64,000 nt of DNA, taken from Candidatus Woesearchaeota archaeon (lineage in GTDB: Archaea; Nanobdellota; Nanobdellia; SCGC-AAA011-G17; CAYFGV01). Position 1 is the stretch's first letter, and each line of letters begins with the position of its first letter. This document shows positions 8,712 through 18,453 of the stretch, in pieces. The notes beneath the pieces were generated by a model. That model saw nothing but the letters and a program-made list of their open reading frames with translations. It was not told where the DNA came from and searched no databases. The stretch is taken from assembly GCA_964452525.1 (NCBI GenBank), contig CAYVLZ010000005.1, positions 6,979-70,978 of the forward strand. Reading direction: 5' to 3'. The position numbers and the translations under genes are program-made.

Positions 8712-9920
8712 ATGAAAATTTTGTATTTTCTCTTAGTAATCTTGGTAATCTTACCTTTTGTTAATGCAGATCCCTTGAGCTTTGATATTGCTAAGAATGC
8801 CTACATGCCTGGAGAAACTTTTCAAGCTGAGATTTTGTTTAATGTTGATCTTGAAGACGGTTTAAGCGTTTCTGACTTTGAGGTTTTGAAGGATGGAAAT
8901 GAAATTGAGGTAGCTTATTCTTTAATTGAATTAAATAGTAGTTATTATTATTTATATTTTGATATTCCTAATGATTTGGACGAAGGAAACTATACGTTGG
9001 TTATTAAGAATTTGGTATATGTTGAAGAAGGAGTTTTACTAGAAGAGAATTATGAAAGATCCCTTGAAATATTTAATAAGCAGGGAAAGGTTTTAGCTGT
9101 CTCCTCTGGGGTTATCGTTGTTGAAAATGTTTGGGACGAAAACATATTTGATTTTGAAGTTAGAAATAATGGTAATGAAACTGTGAATGTTGATATAAGT
9201 TCTTCTAGTTTTATTAAACTATCTAACCAAGAATTAACTATTGATTCTGGAGAAACTGAAAATTTTCAAATATTTGTTGATGCTTGGAACGACGAAATTA
9301 AAGGACATGTTGTTATAGGCTATGGTGGTTTTTATGATATTCTTATTTGGTTGCCTTATTTTGAAGAGGAAGAAGAAAGTATTGAGCAGGTTGATATAGC
9401 TTTTCTGAATATAGACGAGATTAACCAAACTTTGGATCTTGAGGAGGAAAGAAGCGGTCCATTAAAGATCAAGAATACGGGCTCAGTTACTTTACAAAAT
9501 CTTGTTTTTGGGGTAAGTGATGATCTACAGCAAGTACTTCGTATTAAGTTAGAGAATGTTGATTCTATTGGTCCTGGCGAAGTTGTTGATCAGTATGTTT
9601 GGATCAATGAAAGGGATGTTAATCCTGGGTTTTACTTTGGTTATCTAACTATAAGTAATGATCAGATAAGCAAGTCCTTGCCGGTGTCCATAAAATTGTT
9701 ATCGAAAGGTATTGGAGATGATAATGAAACAGTGGTAGTGGATGATGATTTGAATGGAACTACTGATTATAATTATAGTGAAGATGATTTTGTTGTTGAA
9801 GAAGAAAATAGTAGGGTTTGGATTTGGTTTTTGTTTATTTTTGTGCTTTTGCTTATATTGCTATTTGGTTTTGTTTTCTATAGAAAGAAGAAAAGAAAAC
9901 CTGTTTGGCCTATTTCTTAG
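8712..9920 (+). CDS. Secreted acidic Ig-like surface protein with C-terminal TM
   Basis: Signal peptide, VRNNG/IKNTG motifs, WIWFLFIF TM plus basic tail. Confidence 0.7.
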   Translation: MKILYFLLVILVILPFVNADPLSFDIAKNAYMPGETFQAEILFNVDLEDGLSVSDFEVLKDGNEIEVAYSLIELNSSYYYLYFDIPNDLDEGNYTLVIKNLVYVEEGVLLEENYERSLEIFNKQGKVLAVSSGVIVVENVWDENIFDFEVRNNGNETVNVDISSSSFIKLSNQELTIDSGETENFQIFVDAWNDEIKGHVVIGYGGFYDILIWLPYFEEEEESIEQVDIAFLNIDEINQTLDLEEERSGPLKIKNTGSVTLQNLVFGVSDDLQQVLRIKLENVDSIGPGEVVDQYVWINERDVNPGFYFGYLTISNDQISKSLPVSIKLLSKGIGDDNETVVVDDDLNGTTDYNYSEDDFVVEEENSRVWIWFLFIFVLLLILLFGFVFYRKKKRKPVWPIS

Positions 9921-10314
9921 CATCTTGTAGTTTTTTTTCTAATACTTTGTTCTTTATTGCTAGATTGCTGATAGTCATACTGTAATTGTGTAATCTTCTT
10001 AATAATTCATTAAGGAATTCTGATAATTCTACTTCCTTTAATGTGAAATCTTTTGGCTCTATTATCTCTATGGAGGAAGGCATAAAATTAAAAGAGAAGG
10101 CTATAAGAGATTGCATATCTTTTAGTTCTATCTTTATTTCCATAAAAGTAGACCACATCTTTTTTACTTCTTTTACCTCTGCTATTTCTTGTTCCAATAC
10201 TTTTACGTCTTTTAATTCCTTTATTTTCTCTAATACTTTTTTTGTTGATTCTTCTACATGTTCTTTTGGAAAACCAGCTATTTCTATAATTGTCCTTATT
10301 GTTATTTTCGCCAT
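9910..10314 (-). CDS. Conserved hypothetical protein
   Basis: 134-aa ORF, IEIAGFPKEHVE..FMPSSIEIIEP, C-terminal coiled coil; overlaps the upstream gene. Confidence 0.7.
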   Translation of the reverse strand: MAKITIRTIIEIAGFPKEHVEESTKKVLEKIKELKDVKVLEQEIAEVKEVKKMWSTFMEIKIELKDMQSLIAFSFNFMPSSIEIIEPKDFTLKEVELSEFLNELLRRLHNYSMTISNLAIKNKVLEKKLQDAKK

Positions 10315-11786
10315 TTTGTTTGAATTATTATCATAAGAATTAACAATACTACAAAAAAGTATATGGTTAATCCTTTTGATTTTGTTTTTGTTGATTCAAA
10401 GACTATGGAGGGGTTTATATTTGTTTCGGCAGCATTTAGATTTGTAGATATTGTTTTTGGACATTCTTTTATTGTTGATTCTGTTTCGGTTTCACATTCT
10501 TTTTCTATTTCTTTACACAAATCTTTGTTTATTCCTTTGAATTCTATTCTTTCTTTTTCTTTGGTGTCTAGGCCTTCCATTATTATGTAATATTCTCCAT
10601 CTTTGTATTTTGAATCACAGTTAGGGTATGTTTGTATTGGTATCGTAACTGTTGTGTTGATGAATTTTCTTTCTATATTTATCTTGCTTGTTTTGCTTAT
10701 TTTTTCTTCATCATCGTTTTCTATGAATATTTTAATGCTTTTTTTAGTTGTATCGCCTTTTGTTATTTCTAGTTTTGTTCTTATCATGTCGCCGAATTTC
10801 GCAATATCATCTGATCCCAGATAGATTTTACTTATTTCTACTTCTGATTCGTTTATATGTTCTTTATAGAAGTTTTCTTCATTTGGTGTTGGAATTGTTA
10901 GATACCATTTCCCTTCTATATTTGACCAGGAAACATCTTCTTTGCTGTTGCTGTAGCTTACCTCATCTATTATTTTTTCCAAGGGGTTGTATAAAGTAAT
11001 CTTATCTCCATCGTTATTGAGTTCGAGTTTTCCATCTTCGTTCCTATATATAACTAGATATTCTTTTGGTTTTATTACAGTTGTTTCTATAACATTTGTG
11101 TCCGATATTGCTAAGCCGTTTCCATAATTATCATTTATTATGAACCCTTCTAAGTCTATTTCATTATCTCCTTGATTATAGATTTCTATCCATTCTCCAT
11201 CAGGTATTGGAGCATCATCATAACCATATGGATCTGGAATAAATTCTGTTATTTGTAATTTGTATTCTGTAGAAAATAGGGAATTAGTAGATCCTGGAGT
11301 TGTTTGACATTCTTGCCAGAAACCCTCGCTGTCTGGAATCTTACATAGTGAAAATCCGTTCCCATTAGCACCCCAAAAATCAAAGTAATGGACGGCTTCT
11401 ACTATCTCTCCTTCAGTGTCTTTTAGAATTAAAACATCTCCTCCATTGTTTAATCCATTGGCTATCTTGGTGTTTTCACATACGTATATTGTTGCATTTA
11501 TATTTGTGTAATTAAATCCGGTGCCTACTATTAACATATGGTTAGAATCAATATGTTTTGCCTCTGTCAATGCATCGTTTCCATTTAAATCTTCTATTAC
11601 ATATCCGCTTAAATTTAAAGAATTTTCAGAAAAAATTTCTATGTATTCTGCATCATAACCGTTAGAGAGTGGATCGTACATAATTTCGTTAATAACAATC
11701 TCTGCTGATATTGTTTTAGTAAGAAGTATTACTATAAATAAGGATAAGAGCGTTTTAGTTCCATATGCCAGGTATTTTCTGTCCAC
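10302..11786 (-). CDS. Secreted protein with two lamin-tail domains and C-terminal TM
   Basis: IVINEIMYDP..EYIEI..LNNGGD..TPG and ITEFIPDP..EWIEIYN..LNNDGD..PTP. GTG at 11786 after a GGGTGG RBS is the likely start. Confidence 0.85.
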   Translation of the reverse strand: MDRKYLAYGTKTLLSLFIVILLTKTISAEIVINEIMYDPLSNGYDAEYIEIFSENSLNLSGYVIEDLNGNDALTEAKHIDSNHMLIVGTGFNYTNINATIYVCENTKIANGLNNGGDVLILKDTEGEIVEAVHYFDFWGANGNGFSLCKIPDSEGFWQECQTTPGSTNSLFSTEYKLQITEFIPDPYGYDDAPIPDGEWIEIYNQGDNEIDLEGFIINDNYGNGLAISDTNVIETTVIKPKEYLVIYRNEDGKLELNNDGDKITLYNPLEKIIDEVSYSNSKEDVSWSNIEGKWYLTIPTPNEENFYKEHINESEVEISKIYLGSDDIAKFGDMIRTKLEITKGDTTKKSIKIFIENDDEEKISKTSKINIERKFINTTVTIPIQTYPNCDSKYKDGEYYIIMEGLDTKEKERIEFKGINKDLCKEIEKECETETESTIKECPKTISTNLNAAETNINPSIVFESTKTKSKGLTIYFFVVLLILMIIIQTKWRK

Positions 11787-12753
11787 AACTACATTTACCA
11801 CCCTTTAAGGTATTTTTGGGTTTTTGGTGGGAATCCCTTTCTATTAATAGCTTTTTGCATTTTGGGCAATATGTGCTTTCATTCTCTTTATTCTGGATAT
11901 TTCCTATATATACATGATTTAGATGCTTTTCGGCTTCTTTTTTAACTTTCTCTAAGTTTTCTGTGGGGGTAGGCATTTTATCCAACATTTTGTAGTGTGG
12001 AAAGAATCTAGATAGGTGTAAAGGAATCTCCCCAAGGTTTTCTTTGATCCATTTACACATCCTGTTAATTTCTTCTGTGCTATCATTTAATCCAGGAATT
12101 ATTAGCGTTGTTACTTCCAACCATACTTTTTTTCTCTTTAATATTTTTAACGATTCTAATACGGGTTCTAACGTTGCTGAACAGTATTTTTTGTAAAATT
12201 CCGTATTGAAGGATTTTATATCTATATTTGCAGCATCAAGATATTTACATAGTTTTGTTAAAGGTTCTTTATTTATGAAACCATTTGAAACTATTACATT
12301 TTTTATTTTATTCTTTTTAGATATTTTTGCTATCTCTAAAACATATTCATAGGATATCAAAGGTTCTGTGTAGGTATAAGATAGTGAAGGACATTTAGAC
12401 TCTTTGGCTAACTTGACTATTTTTTCTGAATTCATTTCTTTGCTTGGGATTTCTTCTGGTCCTTTTTGAGATATTTCAAAGTTTTGGCAATGTTGACATT
12501 TTAAATTACAACTGGCCATGCCCACTGAAAAAGTGTAGGTTCCTGGGAGAAAATGGAATAAGGGCTTTTTTTCAATTGGATCTAGGTGGATTGCAATTGG
12601 TTTGTTATAAGATAAAGTGTATAATTTTCCATCAATATTTTTTCTTACATTACATATTCCAAATTGATTGTTTGCTATCTTGCAGTTATGAGGGCATAGT
12701 TTGCACTGGATATGTTTGTTATTTGACTTTTCGTAGAAGATTGCTTGTTTCAT
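11755..12753 (-). CDS. amrS: AmmeMemoRadiSam system radical SAM enzyme
   Basis: CKLCPHNC, DPIEKKPLFHFLPG, CNLKCQHCQN, YTYTEP, HLSRFFPHYKM. Confidence 0.92.
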   Translation of the reverse strand: MKQAIFYEKSNNKHIQCKLCPHNCKIANNQFGICNVRKNIDGKLYTLSYNKPIAIHLDPIEKKPLFHFLPGTYTFSVGMASCNLKCQHCQNFEISQKGPEEIPSKEMNSEKIVKLAKESKCPSLSYTYTEPLISYEYVLEIAKISKKNKIKNVIVSNGFINKEPLTKLCKYLDAANIDIKSFNTEFYKKYCSATLEPVLESLKILKRKKVWLEVTTLIIPGLNDSTEEINRMCKWIKENLGEIPLHLSRFFPHYKMLDKMPTPTENLEKVKKEAEKHLNHVYIGNIQNKENESTYCPKCKKLLIERDSHQKPKNTLKGGKCSCGQKIPGIWN

Positions 12754-13138
12754 CTTTAATTAGATCTTCAAATCTTATTCCTTTTTTTTGGGCTAGAGTC
12801 AAGGATATAAAATCTACTCTGTTCTTTGTTTTTTCTATATCTCTTGCATGGATAAAAAACCATCCTTTGTTGTTAAATTTTACCCCAACCCAAGGATCGG
12901 CTCCGAATTTATTTGAAAAATCGGTTAATTGTTTGATTTCTCCTTCTTTGAAATATATTGTTGTGCCTTTTAGGGCTTTACATTCTATTGCTAAAGTTTT
13001 TTTGGTGTTTGATGTTATTAAATCCGGTGATGGAAGTGTTGTTGAGCCTGAGCCTGCTGACCTTACTGTGCAGAAATTAGCATTCCATAACATATGGAAT
13101 AGTTCACGTTCAGCTCTTGTCCCCTTTTTTTTCATCAA
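12719..13138 (-). CDS. hjc: Holliday junction resolvase
   Basis: KGTRAEREL..RSAGSG..PDL..IECK. Confidence 0.93.
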   Translation of the reverse strand: MMKKKGTRAERELFHMLWNANFCTVRSAGSGSTTLPSPDLITSNTKKTLAIECKALKGTTIYFKEGEIKQLTDFSNKFGADPWVGVKFNNKGWFFIHARDIEKTKNRVDFISLTLAQKKGIRFEDLIKDETSNLLRKVK

Positions 13139-13203
13139 ATAAAAGAAGTAGAACTAGATTAAATAATTTTTGAATTTAAAAATAAAAAACAAATAGAAAG
13201 ATA

Positions 13204-13368
13204 TCATAAGTCACGAGCTTGAACTGTTTTTCTTCCGTTAGACTCAGCTCTTTTAACGGCTTTTCCGATCAGACTTTTAACTTCTGTATCTAATGCTTCA
13301 GCGAAGTCTCCAGATACATTCATCCCTTTTGCTTCTTCTTTTACTTTTGCTTTTACAATTAAAGACAT
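13204..13368 (-). CDS. Minimal histone-fold protein, 54 aa (DUF1931-like / short-alpha3 type); not in ORF track
   Basis: MSLIVKAKVKEEAKGMNVSGDFAEALDTEVKSLIGKAVKRAESNGRKTVQARDL. RKTV..RD histone signature; GGAGG RBS upstream. Confidence 0.9.
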   Translation of the reverse strand: MSLIVKAKVKEEAKGMNVSGDFAEALDTEVKSLIGKAVKRAESNGRKTVQARDL

Positions 13369-13488
13369 ATTTATAACCTCCATTTGTATTTGCTTTTTCT
13401 ATTTTTCAGAAAGGTTACTAGTATATAAATCTTTTGAAAAAAATGCTAAATTTTGATAGTAGAAGCCTTGAGAATGAAGATTTAATTT

Positions 13489-13761
13489 TTAGAATATTAT
13501 TTCGAAAGATTTGAAATTTCCTACGTACTTTTCTATCTTTACATCAACACTTTCAACTTTAGATAGTAGAGGACCCTTTTTGCATACATTGATCAATCTT
13601 TTAACATTTTCATATTCACCTTCAGCTACTACCTCTACATGATTGTTTTTGTTTTTAACATATCCTTTTACATCTAGGGAATTGGCATTGGACTTTATCA
13701 AATATCTAAAACCAACTCCTTGGACGATTCCTTTTATGGTTATTTTTCTTCTTATTTTCAT
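13489..13761 (-). CDS. acyP: Acylphosphatase
   Basis: GIVQGVGFR, GYVKN, VEVVAEG. Confidence 0.93.
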   Translation of the reverse strand: MKIRRKITIKGIVQGVGFRYLIKSNANSLDVKGYVKNKNNHVEVVAEGEYENVKRLINVCKKGPLLSKVESVDVKIEKYVGNFKSFEIIF

Positions 13762-13786
13762 TATAAATAAAAAAAGGAAAAAAGTT

Positions 13787-14110
13787 TTATTTTTTAGCTA
13801 ATGAGAAAACGGATTTTAAAGCTACTATAACTGTTGCTGGTGCGAATAATTGTATCATTGCATTAAATATACCGTTAATAGCGCTAATTGTTGAGAAAAC
13901 TGATCCTCCGAATTGGCCTACGATTACCAATACAACTCCTGCTAATAAGAAGGGCTGTACTTCCTTATCTGTAATGTTTAGGAGACCAACTATTATACCC
14001 AAGACCAATAGTAGCCAAGAGATCGTTGATGTTATCCCTATGAATCCAAATATAATCGCTAAAATTACGCCTATTATGAATGCCCATGCACCTAATCTAC
14101 CTCCTACCAT
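13787..14110 (-). CDS. Small multi-pass membrane protein
   Basis: Four hydrophobic segments, GIIVGLLNIT; GGGGGTGA RBS. Confidence 0.75.
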   Translation of the reverse strand: MVGGRLGAWAFIIGVILAIIFGFIGITSTISWLLLVLGIIVGLLNITDKEVQPFLLAGVVLVIVGQFGGSVFSTISAINGIFNAMIQLFAPATVIVALKSVFSLAKK

Positions 14111-14190
14111 TTTTCACCCCCTTTATCCTAATCTATATGGTATTTCTGGGTTTTTGATTATTTAAAGGTTTTGAGACTACATACAAGTCA

Positions 14191-15180
14191 TTAAACCTTT
14201 TTTGACGGGTATGTAGACCGAGGCAGGAATACCTTTATTGTTTTGGCAGTTATCCCTTTTTGTTTTTGTATTATTTCTTCTGATGAAATTCTTGCTTTTC
14301 CAAGGCATACTAATTCATTCTTGAGACTTAGGATTGCTATTAAATCATCTTTCTGGATTTTTGATTCTATTTTTGAAATTCCGGGGATGGCTAAATCTGC
14401 TCCATGACATATGCTGTCCACTGTAGAATCTGTGATCCATATTTTTGGTAGATGCGATGTAGCAAATTCTAAAGGAACTATTATTCTTTTTAGTTCTTTT
14501 TCATTCCCTTTTTTGTAGATCTCATAAGCGTCTTTTAAGTCGTGTAGAGAGTGCCAATCTTTGTCTTTGAATGGTCCTGCTTTTGTTCTTATTAATGAGG
14601 ACATGTGCGCCTTTGTATTTAATTTAAGACCGAAATCATGACAGAATTTTCGTACATAGAATCCTGCTTCTGATCCTATTTTAAAGAGTACGTCTTTATC
14701 TTTTATTTCTAATATCTTTAAGTAGTAGATTTCCCTTTCCCTTAATCTTCTTTTTACAGCACTCTTTATTGGAGGTAGTTGTTTTATTTTACCTATGAAT
14801 TCTTGAGTTGTGTTGTGTATTTTTTCTTCTGGAATTTTTTTATGTATGTGCATTACTCCAATGTATTCTTTTCCAGCTTTTAGAAGAACCTGAGTTATTC
14901 TTGTTGCTTTATTTAGAGCTATGGGAAGGACGCCCGTAACGTGAGGATCTAGAGACCCTGAATGGCCTACTTTTTCTGAATTTAGGATTTTTTTAACATA
15001 GTCCGAAGTTTGATGTGATGTTGGGCCTTCTGGTTTATTTAAATTAATTACTCCATAATCTAATAGTTGTTGTATGCTTCTTTTTTTTGGGCAAGTTCCA
15101 TATTTTTCTGAAATTTCGGACTCTTTTTTTATTAGAATTTCTCTTTTGGTTTTTTCGAAAGGTAATTTTTCTTCCATCAT
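14191..15180 (-). CDS. cbf5: H/ACA pseudouridine synthase Cbf5 (TruB family) with PUA domain
   Basis: NKPEGPTSH, GHSGSLDP, KEY, QLPPIKSAVKRRLR, ICHGA. Confidence 0.95.
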   Translation of the reverse strand: MMEEKLPFEKTKREILIKKESEISEKYGTCPKKRSIQQLLDYGVINLNKPEGPTSHQTSDYVKKILNSEKVGHSGSLDPHVTGVLPIALNKATRITQVLLKAGKEYIGVMHIHKKIPEEKIHNTTQEFIGKIKQLPPIKSAVKRRLREREIYYLKILEIKDKDVLFKIGSEAGFYVRKFCHDFGLKLNTKAHMSSLIRTKAGPFKDKDWHSLHDLKDAYEIYKKGNEKELKRIIVPLEFATSHLPKIWITDSTVDSICHGADLAIPGISKIESKIQKDDLIAILSLKNELVCLGKARISSEEIIQKQKGITAKTIKVFLPRSTYPSKKV

Positions 15181-15203
15181 CTTATTAGGTAGAACTAGCT
15201 GAT

Positions 15204-15638
15204 TTAATCTTTTTTATTTGTTTTCTTTTCTTTTTTAATTTCTTCTTTAGGTTTTATTTTTTCTTTCTTATCGGTTTTTTCTACCTTCTTTTCTTTTGGT
15301 TCTTCGGGTTTTTTGTCTTGTTTAACTTCTTTCTTTTCTTCTTTCTTAGATTTCTTATCTTCTTCTTTTTTTGAAGTTTCGAAGGGAATATCTATTAATT
15401 CTACTTTTGCTATGTTACCTTCTTTCATAGTATGGACTTTTATTCTTGCTGGAGGGTTCTTTCTTCCGTGTTTCCATAATTCTAGATTTAGTTTTGATCC
15501 TATTTTTACATCATCTGTTTTCATATGTCTTTTAATGAAAGAGCGTACTGCTGTAACAGCCCTTTTAGTTCTTTTGTAGTTTGGAGCTTTTAAGAATTCT
15601 TTTCTTAAAGGTATTGTGTAAATTCTTTCTTCTGCCAT
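15204..15638 (-). CDS. rpl31e: 50S ribosomal protein L31e with K/E-rich C-terminal tail
   Basis: ERIYTIPLR..KRTKRAV..LN..LWKHGRKNPP. Confidence 0.95.
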   Translation of the reverse strand: MAEERIYTIPLRKEFLKAPNYKRTKRAVTAVRSFIKRHMKTDDVKIGSKLNLELWKHGRKNPPARIKVHTMKEGNIAKVELIDIPFETSKKEEDKKSKKEEKKEVKQDKKPEEPKEKKVEKTDKKEKIKPKEEIKKEKKTNKKD

Positions 15639-15640
15639 TT

Positions 15641-15814
15641 TTATGCTTTGGTTTTAGTTCTTCTCCAGCTTCTTTTTCTTGTAGTTTCCCTTGAAGGGTG
15701 TATTCTTCTCCCTGGACGATATATCTTAGGAATTATCCAAAAAGGGGCCCATTTAGTTTGTTTGGCCTTCTTTGCTAGTCTTTTCTTTTTAGCTCTTGGT
15801 TTGTATCTTGCCAT
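15641..15814 (-). CDS. rpl39e: 50S ribosomal protein L39e; not in ORF track
   Basis: MARYKPRAKKKRLAKKAKQTKWAPFWIIPKIYRPGRRIHPSRETTRKRSWRRTKTKA; conserved position before rpl31e. Confidence 0.9.
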   Translation of the reverse strand: MARYKPRAKKKRLAKKAKQTKWAPFWIIPKIYRPGRRIHPSRETTRKRSWRRTKTKA

Positions 15815-16095
15815 TATCTTCTAGATATTTTAAATTCTTTTTTTGGACCTTGAATTTGTTTTAAAAGGTCTTTTAGCTGGTTATCGTTTATTTTTTCTTT
15901 TAACTGTCCTGATTGAACTGCTTGAACTATTATAGCAATTATATTTACTGCTAATTCTGGATGTGCAGTTTTAATGTTTCCATATCTCGTTATTGCTTCT
16001 TTTGTTAGGTGTTGTTTTGCTATATCTTCAAGTTGTTTTATTTGTTGTTGGAGCTTCAATCTTTCTTGGAGCTCCTTTATCTTTTCTTGTTCCAT
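15814..16095 (-). CDS. PDCD5-like dsDNA-binding protein
   Basis: LTKEAITRYGNIKTAHPE..INDNQLKDLL; conserved position between rps19e and rpl39e. Confidence 0.88.
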   Translation of the reverse strand: MEQEKIKELQERLKLQQQIKQLEDIAKQHLTKEAITRYGNIKTAHPELAVNIIAIIVQAVQSGQLKEKINDNQLKDLLKQIQGPKKEFKISRR

Positions 16096-16498
16096 TCTCA
16101 GATTTTTTTAATAATAAAATACCTTCCTTGGTAATTATTCGGCCTTTGTGACCTTTCTTTTTTGTTTGTTTTACTAGACCTGCTTTTTCTAATTGTTGTA
16201 ATATCTTTCTGGTTATATTTCCAGATCCTTTGAATACTTTTTCGGGTTTGTATCCTCTGTTTTTCTTTCCACCATATTTTCTTCTTAGTTTTGATACTCC
16301 TATTGGGCCTAGATTAGCTGTTTTGTTTAGTATCGAGGCTGCTCTTGTATACCACCAGTCTTTTTCTATGGGTGGGCGTTCTTTGTGATGGCCTGTTTTA
16401 CAGTATTTTGACCATTCTAGAGGTTTAATAGAGTCTATTTTCTTTAATTCTTGAGTAGTTTTTTTTATTAATTCTTCGTTAGGAATATCATGAACCAT
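16028..16498 (-). CDS. rps19e: 30S ribosomal protein S19e
   Basis: KTGHHKERPP..WWYTRAASI..GPIGVSKLRRKYGG..GSG.I.RKILQQLEKAG. Confidence 0.96.
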   Translation of the reverse strand: MVHDIPNEELIKKTTQELKKIDSIKPLEWSKYCKTGHHKERPPIEKDWWYTRAASILNKTANLGPIGVSKLRRKYGGKKNRGYKPEKVFKGSGNITRKILQQLEKAGLVKQTKKKGHKGRIITKEGILLLKKSENGTRKDKGAPRKIEAPTTNKTT

Positions 16499-16533
16499 AG
16501 CTCAGAGATAATTATATTGTTTTAAAAAGTTTT

Positions 16534-17904
16534 CTATTCTGTTTTGATTTTGGGCCCTTTTGCTGTATCTTCTATGATTATGCCTTTTTTCTTTAATCTG
16601 GTTCTTATTTCGTCTGCTTTTTTGTAATCTTTGTTTTTCCTTGCTTTTTCCCTATCCTCCATTAGTTTTTTGATTTCTTTAGTCACTTTTACATTTTCTT
16701 TCTTGAATAAGTCTAGAGCAAGTATTTTATCCATTTCTTTTATTGTATTTTTTTTCCCTTGCGCTTTTTTGTCTCTTACAAGTTTCCATAATAGGGAGAG
16801 AGCCTTTGGCATATCTAAATCATCGTTTACGGCTTTTTTGAATTCTTTTAGGTATTTTTGATTTGTTTTTTTATCATCTTTTGTTTCTGAGATTATATTT
16901 TTAAGTCGTTTGTAAGCATTTTCGGCGTTCTTTAGAGTTTTATTGCCGAATGCTAATTGGGTTCTGTAGTGTGCAGTTAAACATAGATATCTGTAACTTA
17001 AAGGGTTATAATCTTTTTTCTCTAACTTCGATAAAGTATAGAGGTCTCCTTTGCTTTTTGCCATCTTTTGACCTTTAAATAGTAACCAGGAAGCATGTAA
17101 CCAATATTTTACGAATTTCTTTCCTGTTGCAGCTTCGCTTTGTGCTATCTCGTTAGTGTGGTGGATTGGAACGTGTTCTTCTCCTCCGGTGTGTATGTCT
17201 ATTGTCTCTCCGAGATACTTCATTGACATGGCTGAACATTCCAGGTGCCATCCTGGGAATCCTTTACCCCATGGTGATGGCCATTGCATTATGTGTTTTG
17301 GTTGATTTGTTATCCATAATGCAAAATCAGAAGGATTTTTCCTTTCAGGATCTTCCTTAACTCTTGCTCCTTTTTTGAGGTCTTTTAGTTTTAATTTTGC
17401 TAGTTTATCATAGTCTTTGAATTTAGAAGTATCAAAAGTTAAACCTACTTTTGTTTTGTAAGTGTAGTTGTTTTTTTCTATTCTTTTTATAAGGTTAATC
17501 ATGTCCTGGATGTGTTCTGTAGCTTTGCTCCATATGTTTGGTTCTTTGATATTTAATTTTTTAAGATCCTTTTTGAATACCTCTGTGTATTTATTTGCTA
17601 ATTTTAACATTGAATCTTTTGTCAGGGGGAGGTTTTCTCTTTTTAGAGCTTTAACCATCTTGTCTTCTCCTTCATCAGCATCACTAGTAAGATGACCAAC
17701 ATCAGTGATATTCATTACATGTTTTGTTTTATATTTATTGTATTCTAGAACTCTTTTTAGGATATCTACAAAGATGTACGTTCTTAAATTGCCTATGTGT
17801 TGATACCAGTAGACGGTAGGTCCACAACTATATATCGTAGCTATACCTTTTTTTAGTGGTTTAAATTCTTCTTTTTTTCTTGTTAATGTGTTGTAGAGTT
17901 TCAT
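16534..17904 (-). CDS. cysS: Cysteine--tRNA ligase
   Basis: LYNTLTR, CGPTVY, HIGN, PGWHLECSAM, HHTNE, KMAKS. Confidence 0.97.
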   Translation of the reverse strand: MKLYNTLTRKKEEFKPLKKGIATIYSCGPTVYWYQHIGNLRTYIFVDILKRVLEYNKYKTKHVMNITDVGHLTSDADEGEDKMVKALKRENLPLTKDSMLKLANKYTEVFKKDLKKLNIKEPNIWSKATEHIQDMINLIKRIEKNNYTYKTKVGLTFDTSKFKDYDKLAKLKLKDLKKGARVKEDPERKNPSDFALWITNQPKHIMQWPSPWGKGFPGWHLECSAMSMKYLGETIDIHTGGEEHVPIHHTNEIAQSEAATGKKFVKYWLHASWLLFKGQKMAKSKGDLYTLSKLEKKDYNPLSYRYLCLTAHYRTQLAFGNKTLKNAENAYKRLKNIISETKDDKKTNQKYLKEFKKAVNDDLDMPKALSLLWKLVRDKKAQGKKNTIKEMDKILALDLFKKENVKVTKEIKKLMEDREKARKNKDYKKADEIRTRLKKKGIIIEDTAKGPKIKTE

Positions 17905-17939
17905 TAAACGGTAAGAGAATTAAAGGTTTAAATGTTTTT

Positions 17940-18419
17940 TTATATGATTATTATGACTATTGATTCTGATCCAACGTCTGGATTAGACATTACTGTGGCA
18001 GTGTAAGTATTTCCAGGTATTTCACTTTTCGGTACTTTCAATACAATTGGGATCCCTTTCACTTCCCCAGCTTTAACAGATATTGGATCTGGTGTTTGGA
18101 ACCATGCCGCTTTTTCTCCGCTGACGGATATTGCAAAATTGGAATCGCTTCCCAGTATGTTTCTAACTCCGACATTGATTGTCGTTATGTCTCCTGGTTC
18201 TACTTCAAAAGTTTGACCTGAAACATAAAAGTTAGTCCCTTCCCTCATTCTATCTCTGATTTCTTTATCAGCGTTTCTGAAAGCTTCTTCACTTAATTCG
18301 CTTATGTCGCTGAATACACCTTTTACCCAGACCAAAGCTAGGCTTAGTAAAGTGATACCTATTACTATTACTATAATGGTGGTCATAGAAAGTTCAATTG
18401 CACCTTCTTTCTTTTTCAT
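17940..18419 (-). CDS. Pilin-like protein with class III signal peptide
   Basis: MKKKEG/AIELSMTTIIVIVIG: basic-G cleavage motif followed by E and a hydrophobic helix. Confidence 0.75.
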   Translation of the reverse strand: MKKKEGAIELSMTTIIVIVIGITLLSLALVWVKGVFSDISELSEEAFRNADKEIRDRMREGTNFYVSGQTFEVEPGDITTINVGVRNILGSDSNFAISVSGEKAAWFQTPDPISVKAGEVKGIPIVLKVPKSEIPGNTYTATVMSNPDVGSESIVIIII

Positions 18420-18453
18420 GTTAGAAATTTTTGTGTTAAGATGTTTATAAATG

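Noticed and set aside
11740..11801. Possible frameshift at the start of the lamin-tail gene (out-of-frame ATG GAA CTA AAA)
   Set aside because: An in-frame GTG at 11786 with an RBS gives a good signal peptide without any shift.
12444..13142. 232-aa + strand ORF and the many other antisense ORFs in the track (e.g. 7036-7485, 48203-48685, 50011-50466, 63252-63710)
   Set aside because: They are shadows of well-supported opposite-strand genes and contain no motifs.
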